Shown: positions 49,097 through 62,512, counted from the first letter of the stretch. The stretch is 64,000 nt of DNA from Dehalococcoidia bacterium (GCA_963663235.2 CAXXNO010000012.1:352001-416000); one strand, 5' to 3'. Notes: generated by a model from the sequence alone, not told the origin. Numbers and translations: made by a program.

Positions 49097-49130
49097 TGAT
49101 AGCTCCTCCTCGGAAGGCAGGCGGACCCGA

Positions 49131-49520
49131 TTACGCCGACTCTCCGGACACGTCCGGTCGCAGCACGCGGGCCTCGTGAAGGTAGACGTGCTGGATCTCC
49201 GCCTGGGAGCGCTCTGTATTCACGTGCAACAGAACGCGCAGGCAGCGCGGCAGGCTTCCGGGGACGTCAATCTCGTGCCCGCACATGAGAGCAACATTCG
49301 ACCAGCCCATATCTCGCGCCGCTACCGCGGGAAACTCTGCGTCCAAGTCGGGCGTGGTGGTGAACCAGGCGGAGGCGATCTCCGATGGCTCGATCGCGTT
49401 GCGGCTGATCATGTCCTCCAGCAACTCGCGCGCGGCCTCCACAATCGACTCGCGCGTGTTGTGCTCTACCGTTGTGGCGCCCCGTAGCCCGCATACGCGG
49501 ATGGGGGATCCTTCTCCCAT
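49131..49520 (-). CDS. aroH: Chorismate mutase (AroH class)
   Basis: GLRGATT, FTTTPDL.AEFPA, HVYL..A..LRPD. Confidence 0.9.
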   Translation of the reverse strand: MGEGSPIRVCGLRGATTVEHNTRESIVEAARELLEDMISRNAIEPSEIASAWFTTTPDLDAEFPAVAARDMGWSNVALMCGHEIDVPGSLPRCLRVLLHVNTERSQAEIQHVYLHEARVLRPDVSGESA

Positions 49521-49670
49521 TGCTCTCTGTCCTTGACGTGCCCTGAACGAAGGAATCGGAATGCCGACAGGGGTGGGCCGGCTGTCAGCGGCCGACGGCT
49601 CCAAACGAGCCGGCCGCGGCGGCATCGATGCGATAGGAACAAGCGGACCGCGCGCGCGCACGGCGACAGT

Positions 49671-50498
49671 TCATCGCTCTTCCTCCTCGATCCGGCGGCC
49701 GGTTACCACCTCTGCGAACTCCTGAACGTCGGCCGCCCGCTTCGATGGCGCGGCGGCCTCGATCACGTCGATCAGCGCGCTGCCGACAACGGCAGCCTCA
49801 CATAGTTTCCCTACAGATTCAACCTGCGCTCGGGTGGAGATGCCGAATCCCACCGCCACCGGCAGGTCGATTCCCGCCTTGACCCGGCGTACGCAGTCCA
49901 CCAGGTCCGGTGGCAGCGCATCGCGGGCGCCGGTCACACCTGTCACGCTGACCAGATAGACGAAGCCCGAGGCCCGCGACCCCACCTCCCGGATCCGAGA
50001 CGCCGTACTGGTAGGCGCAAGCAGATAGATCAGGGCCAGGCCCTGCGAGCGCAACGCCTCACGAATCCGGTCCGACTCCTCCGGCGGCAGGTCGACGATC
50101 AGGAGGCCATCGACGCCGGCGGCTGCAGCGTCGCGGGCCAGCGCCGGGACCCCCTCCCCGCCGGCGTAGGCCAGAAACGGGTTGAGGTACCCCATCAAGG
50201 TGATCGGGACCGCCACGCCACGATCTCGCAGCGCCCGGACGCTGTCCAGCACAAACGACAAGGTGGCGCCCCGGTCCAGGGCGAGCGTGCTGGCGCGCTG
50301 AATCGTAGGACCGTCAGCCAGCGGGTCGCTGAAGGGCACACCCAGCTCTAGGGCGCCCGCACCGCCGCGGATCAGCGCTTCCGCCAGCGGTACGGTGTCA
50401 TCGCGCCCCGGAAAACCCGCAGTCAGAAACGGCATGAACAACGGCCGGCCCCGAGCGTGGGCCGCAGCGAACGCGCTCGCGTAACGACTCTCGCTCAT
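49671..50498 (-). CDS. trpA: Tryptophan synthase alpha
   Basis: ELGVPFSDPLADGPTIQ, GVTGAR, VGFGIS. Confidence 0.95.
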   Translation of the reverse strand: MSESRYASAFAAAHARGRPLFMPFLTAGFPGRDDTVPLAEALIRGGAGALELGVPFSDPLADGPTIQRASTLALDRGATLSFVLDSVRALRDRGVAVPITLMGYLNPFLAYAGGEGVPALARDAAAAGVDGLLIVDLPPEESDRIREALRSQGLALIYLLAPTSTASRIREVGSRASGFVYLVSVTGVTGARDALPPDLVDCVRRVKAGIDLPVAVGFGISTRAQVESVGKLCEAAVVGSALIDVIEAAAPSKRAADVQEFAEVVTGRRIEEEER

Positions 50499-51366
50499 CC
50501 GACGCCTCGATCGGCAATCGTTGCGACGTAGCCGATCACGTTGAACATGAAGTGGGCCATGATGGCGCTCAAGAGGCTGCCGGAGCGCACGTAGATGAAG
50601 GCAAAGACAAGGCCGATCAGCGCAAACGGGATAAGACTCCCGACATCCAGGTGCACAGCGGCGAACAGCGCTGCACTCGCCGCTGCGCCCCCCAGCACGC
50701 CGAAGCGCCGCGACAGCCCCCCGAAGAGAAAGCCACGATAAAAGATCTCCTCGGCGACAGGCGCGACCAGCACCACCAGCACGCCGGTCAGCGCCACGAG
50801 CCCGACGCTTCCGTAGATCTCGTCTTCGTCGATGGTCGAGACCGGCTCCAGCGCTCCCACGCCGATCACCTCCACCAGGCCGAGGTAGGCGCCCAGCAAA
50901 ACCCAGGACAGCGCGAGCCCAGCGAAGGCCCAGCCCAGATCGCGGCTCGATGGACGGCGCAGGCCGAGCGCCGCGAGTGCACGCCGCCCACCGCCGAGCA
51001 CCAGGAATGGGACCACGACCAAGACCACCGCATCGATCACCAGCGTGGCGATCAGCGTCGCGAGCAGCTCCGTCTTGTCGCTGATGTCGCCCGCCACGAC
51101 GAGATACGCGCCGAGCCCGATATTGAGGACCGCGAAAGCGCCGAGCGCCAATGCGAAGCCCACGAAGACCGTGTTGCGCTCAAATCCTTGGCCCAGCCAG
51201 CCGCGACCAGGGGGCCGCGGACCGGGCGGCGCTCCCGACGGCGGCGCGGGACGCGCCAGCCGCCCAGGTGAGGGTTGATCCCAGAGGGCGCCGGGCCGAT
51301 CGGCCTCGCCAGCCTGCGGGTACGCCTCCGGGGGTGGGAGATCGAGGGGTCGGTCTCGCGACGACG

Positions 51367-51370
<4 letters not shown>
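50495..51370 (-). CDS. CPBP (CAAX/Abi) intramembrane metalloprotease
   Basis: [22 protein letters not shown]. Confidence 0.88.
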
Positions 51371-52592
<1,222 letters not shown>

Positions 52593-52596
<4 letters not shown>

Positions 52597-53285
52597 TCGG
52601 AGCCTCGGGCGGCGGCCACGAACGCCGCGATCTTCATCGGGTCTTTGGCGCCATCCGTCTCGACGCCGGAGGAAACGTCGACCGCCCAGGGCCGGACCTG
52701 TTCGATCGCTTCGCCGACGTTGTCAGGTGTGAGCCCCCCGGCGAGCATGATCGGCTGGGCGCGGGCCACTGCCGCTGCGATGCTCCAGTCGAAGGCCCGG
52801 CCCGAGCCGCCGCGCACGCTCGCGTCTCTGGTGTCCAGCAGCGTGACCGTCGGCGGCGATCGATCCGCCGCGCCCAGCACTCGCTCCGCCGCGTCGCCCG
52901 ACTCGACGTGCACCGCCCGGAGGACGGGCCGAGTCAGCCGCGCCGCCAGGGACGGATGCTCGCCGCCGCTGAGCTGAACCACGTCCAGATCGGCCGAGGC
53001 GGCGACCCGGTTGATCTCATCCGGCGGCTGGCCTGCGAAGACGCCCACCAGGAGCGGCCGTCCAGCGGCGCGGCGCGCCTGCGTGAACGCCGACGCCGTG
53101 GCGTCGAGCACCTCGACGCGCGGCCCCACGCGCGTCCGGATCGCGCGCGCCCGTTCCAGCGAAACCCGTCGGGGACTCTCTGCGAAGACAATGCCGAGAA
53201 AATCGGCTCCAGCCTCGATCGCAGCATCGACGTGCGCGGTCTCACGGAGCCCACAGATCTTGATCAGCACCTCTCCCTCAGTCAT
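52593..53285 (-). CDS. trpF: Phosphoribosylanthranilate isomerase
   Basis: [27 protein letters not shown]. Confidence 0.92.
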
Positions 53286-54111
53286 GAAAGAGTTCCCGGA
53301 TCTTGGCCTGCGGGTCGGGCGCCGTGATCAGCGCCTCGCCGATCAGCACCGCCTGGACGTCGCAAGCGCGCATGCGAGCCAGATCGTCGCGGCTGCGGAT
53401 GCCGCTGGCGGCGACCACCGCCACCCCATTGGGGATGAGCGGCCGGATCCGCTCCGTCGTGCTGAGATCCTCTTCGAAGGTGTGGAGGTCGCGATTGTTG
53501 ATTCCGAGCACGGTGGCGCCTGCTTTGAGGGCGCTTGCCATCTCAGCCTCATCGGTCACTTCGACGAAGGCCGTCATGCTCAGCGTCGCGCCGGTGGCGA
53601 TCAAGTCGCGCAGCTGCGACGTGTCCAGCGTCTTGGCGATCAGCAGGAAGGCGTCCGCGCCCAGCGCCCGTGCCTCGACGACCTGATAGGGGTCGAAATG
53701 GAACTCCTTCCGCAGGAGCGGTGGAGTCGCCGGGCCACCGACGGACTCGTCGGCGCGGAGGGCGGAGGCGACTGTGTCGAGGTCAGCATCGCGGGCGAAA
53801 AAGTACCGTGAGGTGAGCACCGAGATCGCGACGGCCCCGGCGTCGCGGTAGGCCCGCGCCACCTGCACGGGGTCGATGCCCTCAGCGAACGGCCCCTTGG
53901 AGGGCGATCCCTTCTTCACCTCGGCCACCAGCCCCAGGCCGGGGCGCAGCAGCGCGGCGCGGAAGTCCCGCGGCGCGGGTCGCTCCCCCGCCCGACGCTC
54001 CAGCGCGTCCAGGGGCGTCGCGACCTGGAGCGACGGCAACTCCGCCATCATCTCCCGCATGATGCGGTCCAGTACGGAGTCGTCGACCGCGGAGCGGCGG
54101 GCCTCAGGCAT
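53278..54111 (-). CDS. trpC: Indole-3-glycerol phosphate synthase
   Basis: AEVKKGSPSKG, LRKEF, GINNRDL. Confidence 0.92.
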   Translation of the reverse strand: MPEARRSAVDDSVLDRIMREMMAELPSLQVATPLDALERRAGERPAPRDFRAALLRPGLGLVAEVKKGSPSKGPFAEGIDPVQVARAYRDAGAVAISVLTSRYFFARDADLDTVASALRADESVGGPATPPLLRKEFHFDPYQVVEARALGADAFLLIAKTLDTSQLRDLIATGATLSMTAFVEVTDEAEMASALKAGATVLGINNRDLHTFEEDLSTTERIRPLIPNGVAVVAASGIRSRDDLARMRACDVQAVLIGEALITAPDPQAKIRELFHD

Positions 54112-55192
54112 GGCTCGACTGCTCCACGCTCTGGCCGATGCGCTGCGTGACCTCGACGAAACGCTCCAGCTTGCGCAGCGCGCGCCCGTCGTCGATGCAC
54201 TCCACTGCGCGGCTCACCCCTTCCGCGAAGGTCGGGGCCTCGTCCGCCGCGATGAGCCCGGCGGCGGCGTTGAGCGCGACGAAGCCGTGCAGTGCGCCGC
54301 CCCGTCCGCCGAGCACGTCGCGCATCATCGCGGCGTTGGCATCGGCGGATCCGCCTTGCACCATGTCCAGCGGCACGGCGCGGATGTGAACATCGGCGGG
54401 CTGCACTCGGTACTCGCGCACCTGCCCGTCTTTCAGTTCCCACACGTCGGTCGGGCCGGCCGGGCTGACCTCGTCCAGCCCCTCCAGCCCATGCACGACC
54501 AGGGCATGTGTCGCTTCCAGACGGCCGAGCGCCGCTGCGATCTTCGGCCCCACGTCCAACGAGCCGACGCCAACCACCTGGTGCCGAGCGCCGGCCGGAT
54601 TGGTGAGCGGACCAAGCAGATTGAAGACCGTCCGGAAGCCCAGTTCCCGACGCACGGGCGCCACGTGCTTCATCGCGGGGTGAAAAGTCTGCGCGAACAT
54701 GAACCCGATGCCGGTCTCCTTGATGGTCTGCGCGACGCCCTGGGGGTCCAAGTCGATGCGGGCGCCCAGCGCCTCCAGCACGTCGGCGCTGCCGCTGGCC
54801 GAGGACATGGCCCGGTTGCCGTGCTTAGCCACCGTTACCCCGCAGCCCGCCAAGACGAAGGCGGCGGCAGTGCTGACGTTGAAGGTGCCTTTGGCGTCGC
54901 CGCCGGTGCCGCAGGTATCGGCGATGCCGGCCAGGTCTTGCTGCCCGGTTTCGTCGACGAGATGGACGTGCAGCGAGCGATAGCGCATCACCTCCGCCAG
55001 CCCGACCAGCTCATCGACCGTCTCGCCCTTGAGCCGCAGCCCGGTGAGGAAGGCGGCGGCCTGGGCGGGGGTCGCGCCGCCCTGATCGGGCCCGGCCATG
55101 AGGTCATCCATGGCGGCGGCGGCCTCGGCCTCAGTGAGATCGCGGCGCTCCTCGACCAGAGCGCGCAGCGCGGCGGTGATCGACTCGGCCAT
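54104..55192 (-). CDS. trpD: Anthranilate phosphoribosyltransferase
   Basis: DTCGTGGD, KHGNR, GSADVLE, FNLLGPLTNP. Confidence 0.95.
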   Translation of the reverse strand: MAESITAALRALVEERRDLTEAEAAAAMDDLMAGPDQGGATPAQAAAFLTGLRLKGETVDELVGLAEVMRYRSLHVHLVDETGQQDLAGIADTCGTGGDAKGTFNVSTAAAFVLAGCGVTVAKHGNRAMSSASGSADVLEALGARIDLDPQGVAQTIKETGIGFMFAQTFHPAMKHVAPVRRELGFRTVFNLLGPLTNPAGARHQVVGVGSLDVGPKIAAALGRLEATHALVVHGLEGLDEVSPAGPTDVWELKDGQVREYRVQPADVHIRAVPLDMVQGGSADANAAMMRDVLGGRGGALHGFVALNAAAGLIAADEAPTFAEGVSRAVECIDDGRALRKLERFVEVTQRIGQSVEQSSHA

Positions 55193-56037
55193 CAGCTCCC
55201 TTTGCCTGGAGCCGCATCCAGCTCGTCGAAGGCGGCGCGCGCCGTCCGTAGCGCGGCGTACCCGGTCGGCCAGCCGGCATAGCCCAGCAACTGCCCAAAC
55301 ACCTCTTCGATCTCATCGCGGGTGACGCCATGGTTCAACGCCCCCTCTACGTGGATTCGCAACTCCTCCATCCGACCCTGCACGGCCAGCGACGTCATCG
55401 AGACGATGCTGCGGTCCCGACGCGAGAGCTGCGGTCGCGCCCACACCTCGCCGAGGAGGTAGTTGAGCGTCAGCGGCGCGAAGCGGCCGAACCGTTGGTC
55501 CAAGCCCTCCAGGTACGCGCTCTCCGCCTCCGCGCCCGAGGCCAGGTCCCGCAGCGTGCGGGCCACGTCCAACCCGTCGCGACGGCGCTGCGCGTCGTCC
55601 TTGCGCTCGGCCGGCTCGTGCGCGGGCTGCTCCTTGCCGCCGTCGAGCGCCTTGAACACCTCCTGCACCTCGCGGAACGAGCCGATGGCGCGGGGGAAGC
55701 CGGCATAGGCGCTGAGGTGGACCAGCACCTCCTCCACTTCCTCGCGCGTCATGCCGTGGTTGAGCGCGCCGCGGGTGTGGACGCGGACCTCCATCGGCTG
55801 GCCGCCGAGCGTCACCAGCGCCGTGAGCACGACCATGCTGCGGTCCCGGCGCGAGAGGTCGGGCCGGGACCACAACTCGCCCATGGTGAAATCGCAGGCG
55901 AAGGTGCCGATAGCGCCCCAGGCGCGCTCGGTGTTCTCCGCGCCGGCCTGCGCGTTGTCGACGCGTCCCGCGCGGAGCTTGGCCATGACGTCCAGGGCGG
56001 TGGCGCGTCGGTCGGCTTGGGTGGTGGGAGTAGTCAT
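55192..56037 (-). CDS. Tandem-domain carboxymuconolactone decarboxylase family protein
   Basis: Two copies of W.RP.LSRRDRS...GALNHG.T.EE..E...YAG.P. Confidence 0.85.
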   Translation of the reverse strand: MTTPTTQADRRATALDVMAKLRAGRVDNAQAGAENTERAWGAIGTFACDFTMGELWSRPDLSRRDRSMVVLTALVTLGGQPMEVRVHTRGALNHGMTREEVEEVLVHLSAYAGFPRAIGSFREVQEVFKALDGGKEQPAHEPAERKDDAQRRRDGLDVARTLRDLASGAEAESAYLEGLDQRFGRFAPLTLNYLLGEVWARPQLSRRDRSIVSMTSLAVQGRMEELRIHVEGALNHGVTRDEIEEVFGQLLGYAGWPTGYAALRTARAAFDELDAAPGKGS

Positions 56038-56081
56038 GGTCAGATCCTCTCTCGCAGTGGCGAAATCTATCTGAGCATCCC

Positions 56082-56672
56082 TTATGTGGCGGCTACCTGC
56101 TCGCCCATTCCCAGGAAGTTCCGCAGCAGGTCGTGCCCCACCGAGGTCATGATGCTCTCGGGGTGGAACTGCACGCCCTCTAGGGCGTAGCGCACGTGCC
56201 GCAGCCCCATTAGGACGCCCGAGTCCGACCAGGCCGTGGGCAGAATCTCCTTCGGCAGCGTGTCCGGGTCGACCGTCAGGCTGTGGTAGCGCGTGGCCTC
56301 GAACGGGTTGGACAGGCCCGCGTAGACGCTCTTGCCGTCGTGGCTGATCGGGCTGGTCTTGCCGTGCCTGATCTCGCCCGCCCCGACGATCTCCGCCCCG
56401 AACGCCGCCCCGATGCACTGGTGCCCCAGGCAGACGCCCAGGATCGGCGTGCGCCCGGCGAAGCGCCGCACCAGCTCGACGCTGATGCCTGCCTCCTTGG
56501 GCGTCTTGGGCCCGGGCGAAATGACGATCCGCTCCGGCGCCATCGACTCGACCTCATCCAGCGTGACTTGATCGTTGCGACGCACGGTCACATCGGCGCC
56601 CAGCTCTGCCAGGTACTGGTAGAGGTTGTAGGTGAAGGAGTCGTAATTATCGATGAGCAGAAGCCCGGCCAT
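56082..56672 (-). CDS. trpG: Anthranilate synthase component II
   Basis: IDNYDSFTYN, SPGP, GVCLGHQ, QFHPES. Confidence 0.93.
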   Translation of the reverse strand: MAGLLLIDNYDSFTYNLYQYLAELGADVTVRRNDQVTLDEVESMAPERIVISPGPKTPKEAGISVELVRRFAGRTPILGVCLGHQCIGAAFGAEIVGAGEIRHGKTSPISHDGKSVYAGLSNPFEATRYHSLTVDPDTLPKEILPTAWSDSGVLMGLRHVRYALEGVQFHPESIMTSVGHDLLRNFLGMGEQVAAT

Positions 56673-57487
56673 CAGCCACCCTTGTCAATCTCGGCGAAGA
56701 TCTCGCGCACCTTCTGGTACCCGGTGACGGCGGTCGGCCAGCCGGCGTAGGCCAGCAGGTGCACCATCACCTCTTCGATCTCCTCGCGGGTCAGGCCGTG
56801 GTTCAGCGCCCCGCGCACGTGGGTGGGGAACTGGCCCGTGCGGCCCAGGACGGTCAGCACCGACAGCGTGACCAGGCTGCGGTCCCGACGCGAGAGCTGC
56901 GGCCGCGCCCACACCTCACCGAAGAGGTACTGGATGGTGGGCTCCGCCAGCGGCCCCATCCGCTTCTCCATTTTCTCCGCGTCGGCTTCGGGGTCGGACC
57001 AGCCCATGAGCGTTTTCAGCACGTCGAGGCCGTCACGACGGCGCTCTTCGTCGCTCTTGCGCGCGGCCGGTTCGTGCGGCGGTAGCTCTCCGCCTTCGTA
57101 CTCCGTGAGTCCCTTCTGCACGGTGCGGATGGCCGCGAGCGCGCGAGGGAAGCCAGCGTAGGCGCTCACGTGCGTGACGACCTCCTCCACTTGCTCGCGG
57201 GTGAGCCCGTGGTTGAGCGCGCCCTGCGTGTGTACCTTCAGCTCTTTGTCCGCTCCGATGGTGATCAACGCCGCGAGGACGATAAGGCTGCGGTCGCGAC
57301 GGGGGAGCTGCGGTCGCGCCCAGATGTCCGCCAGCACGAAGTCGATGGTGAACGAGCCGGTTGCGCCCCAGAGATCTTCCGTGTGCTTGAGGCCGCCCTC
57401 CACGTCCTTGAGACGGTCGCCGCGCAGCTTGCGCAAGCCGTCCACGGCCAGCTGGCGTCGTTCAGCGTGAGTCAAACCGGTGGTCAT
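56672..57487 (-). CDS. Second tandem-domain carboxymuconolactone decarboxylase family protein
   Basis: WARPQLPRRDRS / WARPQLSRRDRS, GALNHGLTRE, YAGFP / YAGWP. Confidence 0.85.
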   Translation of the reverse strand: MTTGLTHAERRQLAVDGLRKLRGDRLKDVEGGLKHTEDLWGATGSFTIDFVLADIWARPQLPRRDRSLIVLAALITIGADKELKVHTQGALNHGLTREQVEEVVTHVSAYAGFPRALAAIRTVQKGLTEYEGGELPPHEPAARKSDEERRRDGLDVLKTLMGWSDPEADAEKMEKRMGPLAEPTIQYLFGEVWARPQLSRRDRSLVTLSVLTVLGRTGQFPTHVRGALNHGLTREEIEEVMVHLLAYAGWPTAVTGYQKVREIFAEIDKGG

Positions 57488-57507
57488 CGTTCGTCCTCCC
57501 TCTGTCG

Positions 57508-58983
<1,476 letters not shown>

Positions 58984-59000
58984 CGCGTCCCCGTGGAAAT

Positions 59001-59290
59001 GAAAACCGCGCCCAACCCACGAAGGGGCGGAGCGCGGCCGCGGTGCCACCCTTCTTTCCCTCCCAAAGGCGGAAGGACACTCATGGCAGGGACGGCGGTC
59101 AATCCCTTCGCAAGGGACGGAGCTCAATCCCCTCGGCCTTGATAACGGAGCCGTACCGGCTGCGCCTACTGCTCCCTGCGGAGGTTCGGGCAGCGACTCC
59201 CGGGCCCATTCCCCGCCCGCGCAACCGCCGGTCTCTCAGCTATGGCCGGCTCTCTGAAGGTTCGCTTGAGCGGGTACTCTTCCCGTTCAC
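59001..59290 (-). ncRNA. T-box riboswitch, Trp specifier
   Basis: Minus strand: GGGAAGAGTA, AGAGAG, GCTGAGA, specifier GAA-UGG (59206-59208), AGTA, CCGTTATC, T-box AAGGGTGGCACCGCG, terminator CCGCGCTC..GGGCGCGG-TTTT. Confidence 0.92.
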
Positions 59291-59363
59291 AGTCGATCGG
59301 CTATTCAATTGTCCATCGACGGTACGCGCGGGCGGAACAGCCTGTCAATCACGGCCGCAACGG

Positions 59364-59963
59364 TCAGACCTCCGGCAGCGATCGACGGGTGTCGGCGCGC
59401 TCCCGGCGCAGGATCGTCAACAGCTCCTCCACTGCCACCTCCTCCTTTCCGTCGCGGTTCACGATCACGTAGTCAAACAGGCCGGCCTGGGCCATCTCCG
59501 CCGGGGCGGCGGCCAAGCGGCGTTGGAGCTCTACCTCGGAGTCGACGTTGCGGCCGCGGATGCGACGCTCCAGCGTGCCGTGATCAGGCGCGGTGACGAA
59601 GACCAGCAGCGCACCGGGGACCCGCTCGCGGAGGGTACGGGCGCCCTGAAGGTCGGTGCGGGCGACGACGGTCCGCCCCGCGGTCAGCGCCGCCCGGACC
59701 GGAGCGCGGGGCACGCCGCTCCGGTGGCCGTAGACCTCGGCGTGTTCCAGGAACTCCCCGGCGGCGACCATCGCGTCGAACTGTGCGTCCGAGAGAAAGA
59801 GATGGTGGACGCCGTCCTGCTCGCCGGGGCGGGGCGGTCGGGTCTTGGCTGTGGCGACGCGGACGCTGTTGGGATCGCGCTCAAGCAGCGCCGTCAACAA
59901 CGTGTCCTTGCCAACGCCGGAGGGACCGGAGAGCACCACGAAGAGCGGCCGCTCACTCCCCAT
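59364..59963 (-). CDS. gmk: Guanylate kinase
   Basis: SGPSGVGKD, TRPPRPGEQDG, FLEHAEVYG. Confidence 0.92.
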   Translation of the reverse strand: MGSERPLFVVLSGPSGVGKDTLLTALLERDPNSVRVATAKTRPPRPGEQDGVHHLFLSDAQFDAMVAAGEFLEHAEVYGHRSGVPRAPVRAALTAGRTVVARTDLQGARTLRERVPGALLVFVTAPDHGTLERRIRGRNVDSEVELQRRLAAAPAEMAQAGLFDYVIVNRDGKEEVAVEELLTILRRERADTRRSLPEV

Positions 59964-60216
59964 CGTCGAGAGCGCGCTCGCCGGCGAGGCGGCGGGCGAT
60001 GGTCTCCGGCGCGATCGCCGCCGGCACCACGTGACCGCTGTCCATCACCACCACGGCCTTGGTGCGGCGGCCACTGGTCAGATCGATAATGCGCCCCAAG
60101 CTCTTGCCCTCCTGAACGAGACGCTTCGTCGGCGCTGCGTCGGGCGCGGCCACCGCAACGATGTGGTTCACCGTCAAGACGTTCCCGAAGCCCACGGGCA
60201 CCGACTCGGTCTGCAT
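59953..60216 (-). CDS. remA: RemA/DUF370 family protein
   Basis: VGFGN, IDLTSGRRTKAVVVMDSGHVV; upstream of gmk. Confidence 0.85.
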   Translation of the reverse strand: MQTESVPVGFGNVLTVNHIVAVAAPDAAPTKRLVQEGKSLGRIIDLTSGRRTKAVVVMDSGHVVPAAIAPETIARRLAGERALDDGE

Positions 60217-60239
60217 GACGCTCCGATCGCCCGCAAGGC

Positions 60240-61547
60240 TCAGGCCAGAGTGGCCGCACCGGCCAAGCTCTGGAAGTCCGACCAGAATGCCGCGTAGGAG
60301 ACGTTCACCGCGTCTTCGCCGTGCAGCTCCGTCTCGCCCTCGGCGGCGAGAGCGGCAACGGCCAGGGCCATGGCCAGCCGGTGATCGCCCTGGGAGTCGA
60401 CGCGCGCGCCCTGCAGCCGCTCTTTCCCTTCGATGACCAGCCCGTCGGGTCGCTCCTCTATCCGGGCCCCCAGCGCCCGTAATCCCGCCGCCGTCGCGGC
60501 GATGCGATCGGATTCCTTGACTCGCAGCTCGGCGGCGTCGCGGATCTCAGTGATCCCGTCCGCGAGGGCCGCCGCCACCGCCAGCACCGGCAGCTCATCG
60601 ATGGTGCGCGGGATCAACTCGCCGGCGATCGTCGTGCCCCGCAGCGACGCCGAGCGCACGGTGAGGTCGGCCACCGGCTCGCCGGCAACGGTGCGTTCGC
60701 CGGAGACCGCGATGTCGGCGCCCATCGCTCGCAGCACCTCAATCACGCCAGCGCGGGTCGGGTTGATCCCAACCGCCGGCAGCTCGATCTCCGACTCCGG
60801 TGTGATGCTGCCGGCCACCAGCCAGAACGCCGCCGCGCTGAGATCGCCGGGCACGTCCACGTCGACGGGACGGAGTGCATCGCCGGGCGGTTCGATGCGG
60901 ACGGCTCGCCCGGTCCGCGTCAGCGCCACGCCCATCGCGCCGAGAAGGATTTCGGTGTGGTCGCGCGTGGGCACGGGCTCCGCGACCGTGCTGGGGCCGG
61001 ACGCCGCCAGTGCCGCGAGGAGGACAGCGCTCTTAACCTGCGCGCTGGCCACCTCAAGGCCGCCCTGGAAGGGCCGCAAGGCGCCGCCGCGCACCGTGAT
61101 GGGGGCGAGCGTGCGGCCGGCCCGCCCATCGACACGGGCTCCCATCGACGCGAGCGGCTGCAGGACGCGATCCATGGGGCGGCGGCGCAGCGACGCGTCG
61201 CCGTCGAGGACGGTGAGGGCATCAAGGCCCGCCGCGACCCCGGCGACCAGGCGCATGGTGGTCCCGCTGTTGCCGCAATCGACAGGACCGGCAGCCTCGT
61301 GCAAGCGACGCCGGCCTGGACTGCGAACCAGCACCGTCGCTCCGTCGTCCACTCGTTCGACTGAGACGCCGAGCGCAGTCATCGCGCCGATCGAGGCCAG
61401 AGTGTCAGCGGCGGCGGAGAAGCCTCGGACGCGGGCGTCACCGCGCGCGAGGCCGTTCAGGATTACGGCGCGATGAGAGATCGACTTGTCGCCGGGAACG
61501 CACAGCCTGCCGCGCAAGCGCGAGGCCGGCGAGAGGCGAACGGTCAT
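60240..61547 (-). CDS. aroA: EPSP synthase
   Basis: PGDKSISHRA, CGNSGTTMR, ASAQVKS, RVKESDRI, DHRLAM. Confidence 0.95.
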   Translation of the reverse strand: MTVRLSPASRLRGRLCVPGDKSISHRAVILNGLARGDARVRGFSAAADTLASIGAMTALGVSVERVDDGATVLVRSPGRRRLHEAAGPVDCGNSGTTMRLVAGVAAGLDALTVLDGDASLRRRPMDRVLQPLASMGARVDGRAGRTLAPITVRGGALRPFQGGLEVASAQVKSAVLLAALAASGPSTVAEPVPTRDHTEILLGAMGVALTRTGRAVRIEPPGDALRPVDVDVPGDLSAAAFWLVAGSITPESEIELPAVGINPTRAGVIEVLRAMGADIAVSGERTVAGEPVADLTVRSASLRGTTIAGELIPRTIDELPVLAVAAALADGITEIRDAAELRVKESDRIAATAAGLRALGARIEERPDGLVIEGKERLQGARVDSQGDHRLAMALAVAALAAEGETELHGEDAVNVSYAAFWSDFQSLAGAATLA

Positions 61548-62512
61548 GCCGGCCCGCCCAAGCGTCGCAGCCGCTCGTATAGCCGCCCGCCGAACAGCAT
61601 GCCGCCGACTTGTGATCCGACCGATGGCAACTCCGCCTGCTGACGATCCGCGTCGGACTCAGCGGACTCGAAGCTCCTTCGATCTCGCTGCGCGCCGGCG
61701 AACTCGCGCTCGATCTCCTCTCGCGGGCGGTCCAGGAGATCACGGAACCGCTGGAGCTCCGCGACGTAGCGGTCAATCCAGTACTGCACGTTCTCGCGAT
61801 TGGTGACGGCGATGTCCGCGGCCATCCGCGGGTCGCCGGAGGCTAATCGTGTCAGGTCACGATAGGCCGGCCCCGAGATGCGGGCGAAGTCATCCCAGCC
61901 AGGGCTGCGACGCAGCAGCGTGAAGAGAGCGGTGGAGGCCGTCAGCGGCAAGTGGCTCACCGCCGCGACTAGACGGTCGTGCTCGTCGGCGTCGATGAAA
62001 AGCTCGCGCGCGCCAATACTCCGCACCAGACTGGATACCGAGTCCACGGCGGCACTTGAGGCGGTAGCCGCCGGCACCAGCGCATAGGGACGGTCGCGGA
62101 AGAGATCGGCGTCGGCATTGGCGATGCCCTGATCGCTCTTGCCGGCCATCGGATGACCGCCCACATAGGAGACGGTCTCCGGCAGCAGCCGCTCGGCCCA
62201 CTCCATCACCCGAGACTTGGTGGACGCGGTATCTGTCACGGCCGCGCCGTGGGCCAGACGGCCCGCGATCCGCTGGAACACGCTCTCCATTGCGAGAGGA
62301 GGCACGGCAACAATCACAAGGGCCGCGCCCTGGACCGCAGACTCCGGCGACTCCACGGCCGTGTCCACGGCGCCCAGACGGCGGGCGTCTTGCATGACGT
62401 CCTGGTCCGTATCGAACCCGACGACTTCGAGATCTTCACGACCCTGCGCCCTGATGGCGAGCCCAAGCGAGCCGCCGATCAGCCCCAAGCCGACGATCGT
62501 GATGCGGGCCAT
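61544..62512 (-). CDS. tyrA: Prephenate dehydrogenase
   Basis: GLGLIGGS, DTASTK, GGHPMAG, HD..VA.VSHLP. Confidence 0.9.
   Translation of the reverse strand: MARITIVGLGLIGGSLGLAIRAQGREDLEVVGFDTDQDVMQDARRLGAVDTAVESPESAVQGAALVIVAVPPLAMESVFQRIAGRLAHGAAVTDTASTKSRVMEWAERLLPETVSYVGGHPMAGKSDQGIANADADLFRDRPYALVPAATASSAAVDSVSSLVRSIGARELFIDADEHDRLVAAVSHLPLTASTALFTLLRRSPGWDDFARISGPAYRDLTRLASGDPRMAADIAVTNRENVQYWIDRYVAELQRFRDLLDRPREEIEREFAGAQRDRRSFESAESDADRQQAELPSVGSQVGGMLFGGRLYERLRRLGGPA

Noticed and set aside
56038-56418. 408-aa ORF extension of the CMD gene
   Set aside because: It overlaps trpG in another frame; ATG 56037 follows a good GAGAGGA RBS
58984-59127. Extended trpE N-terminus or a Trp leader peptide
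   Set aside because: The region is the T-box antiterminator/terminator; no Trp-rich leader ORF is seen
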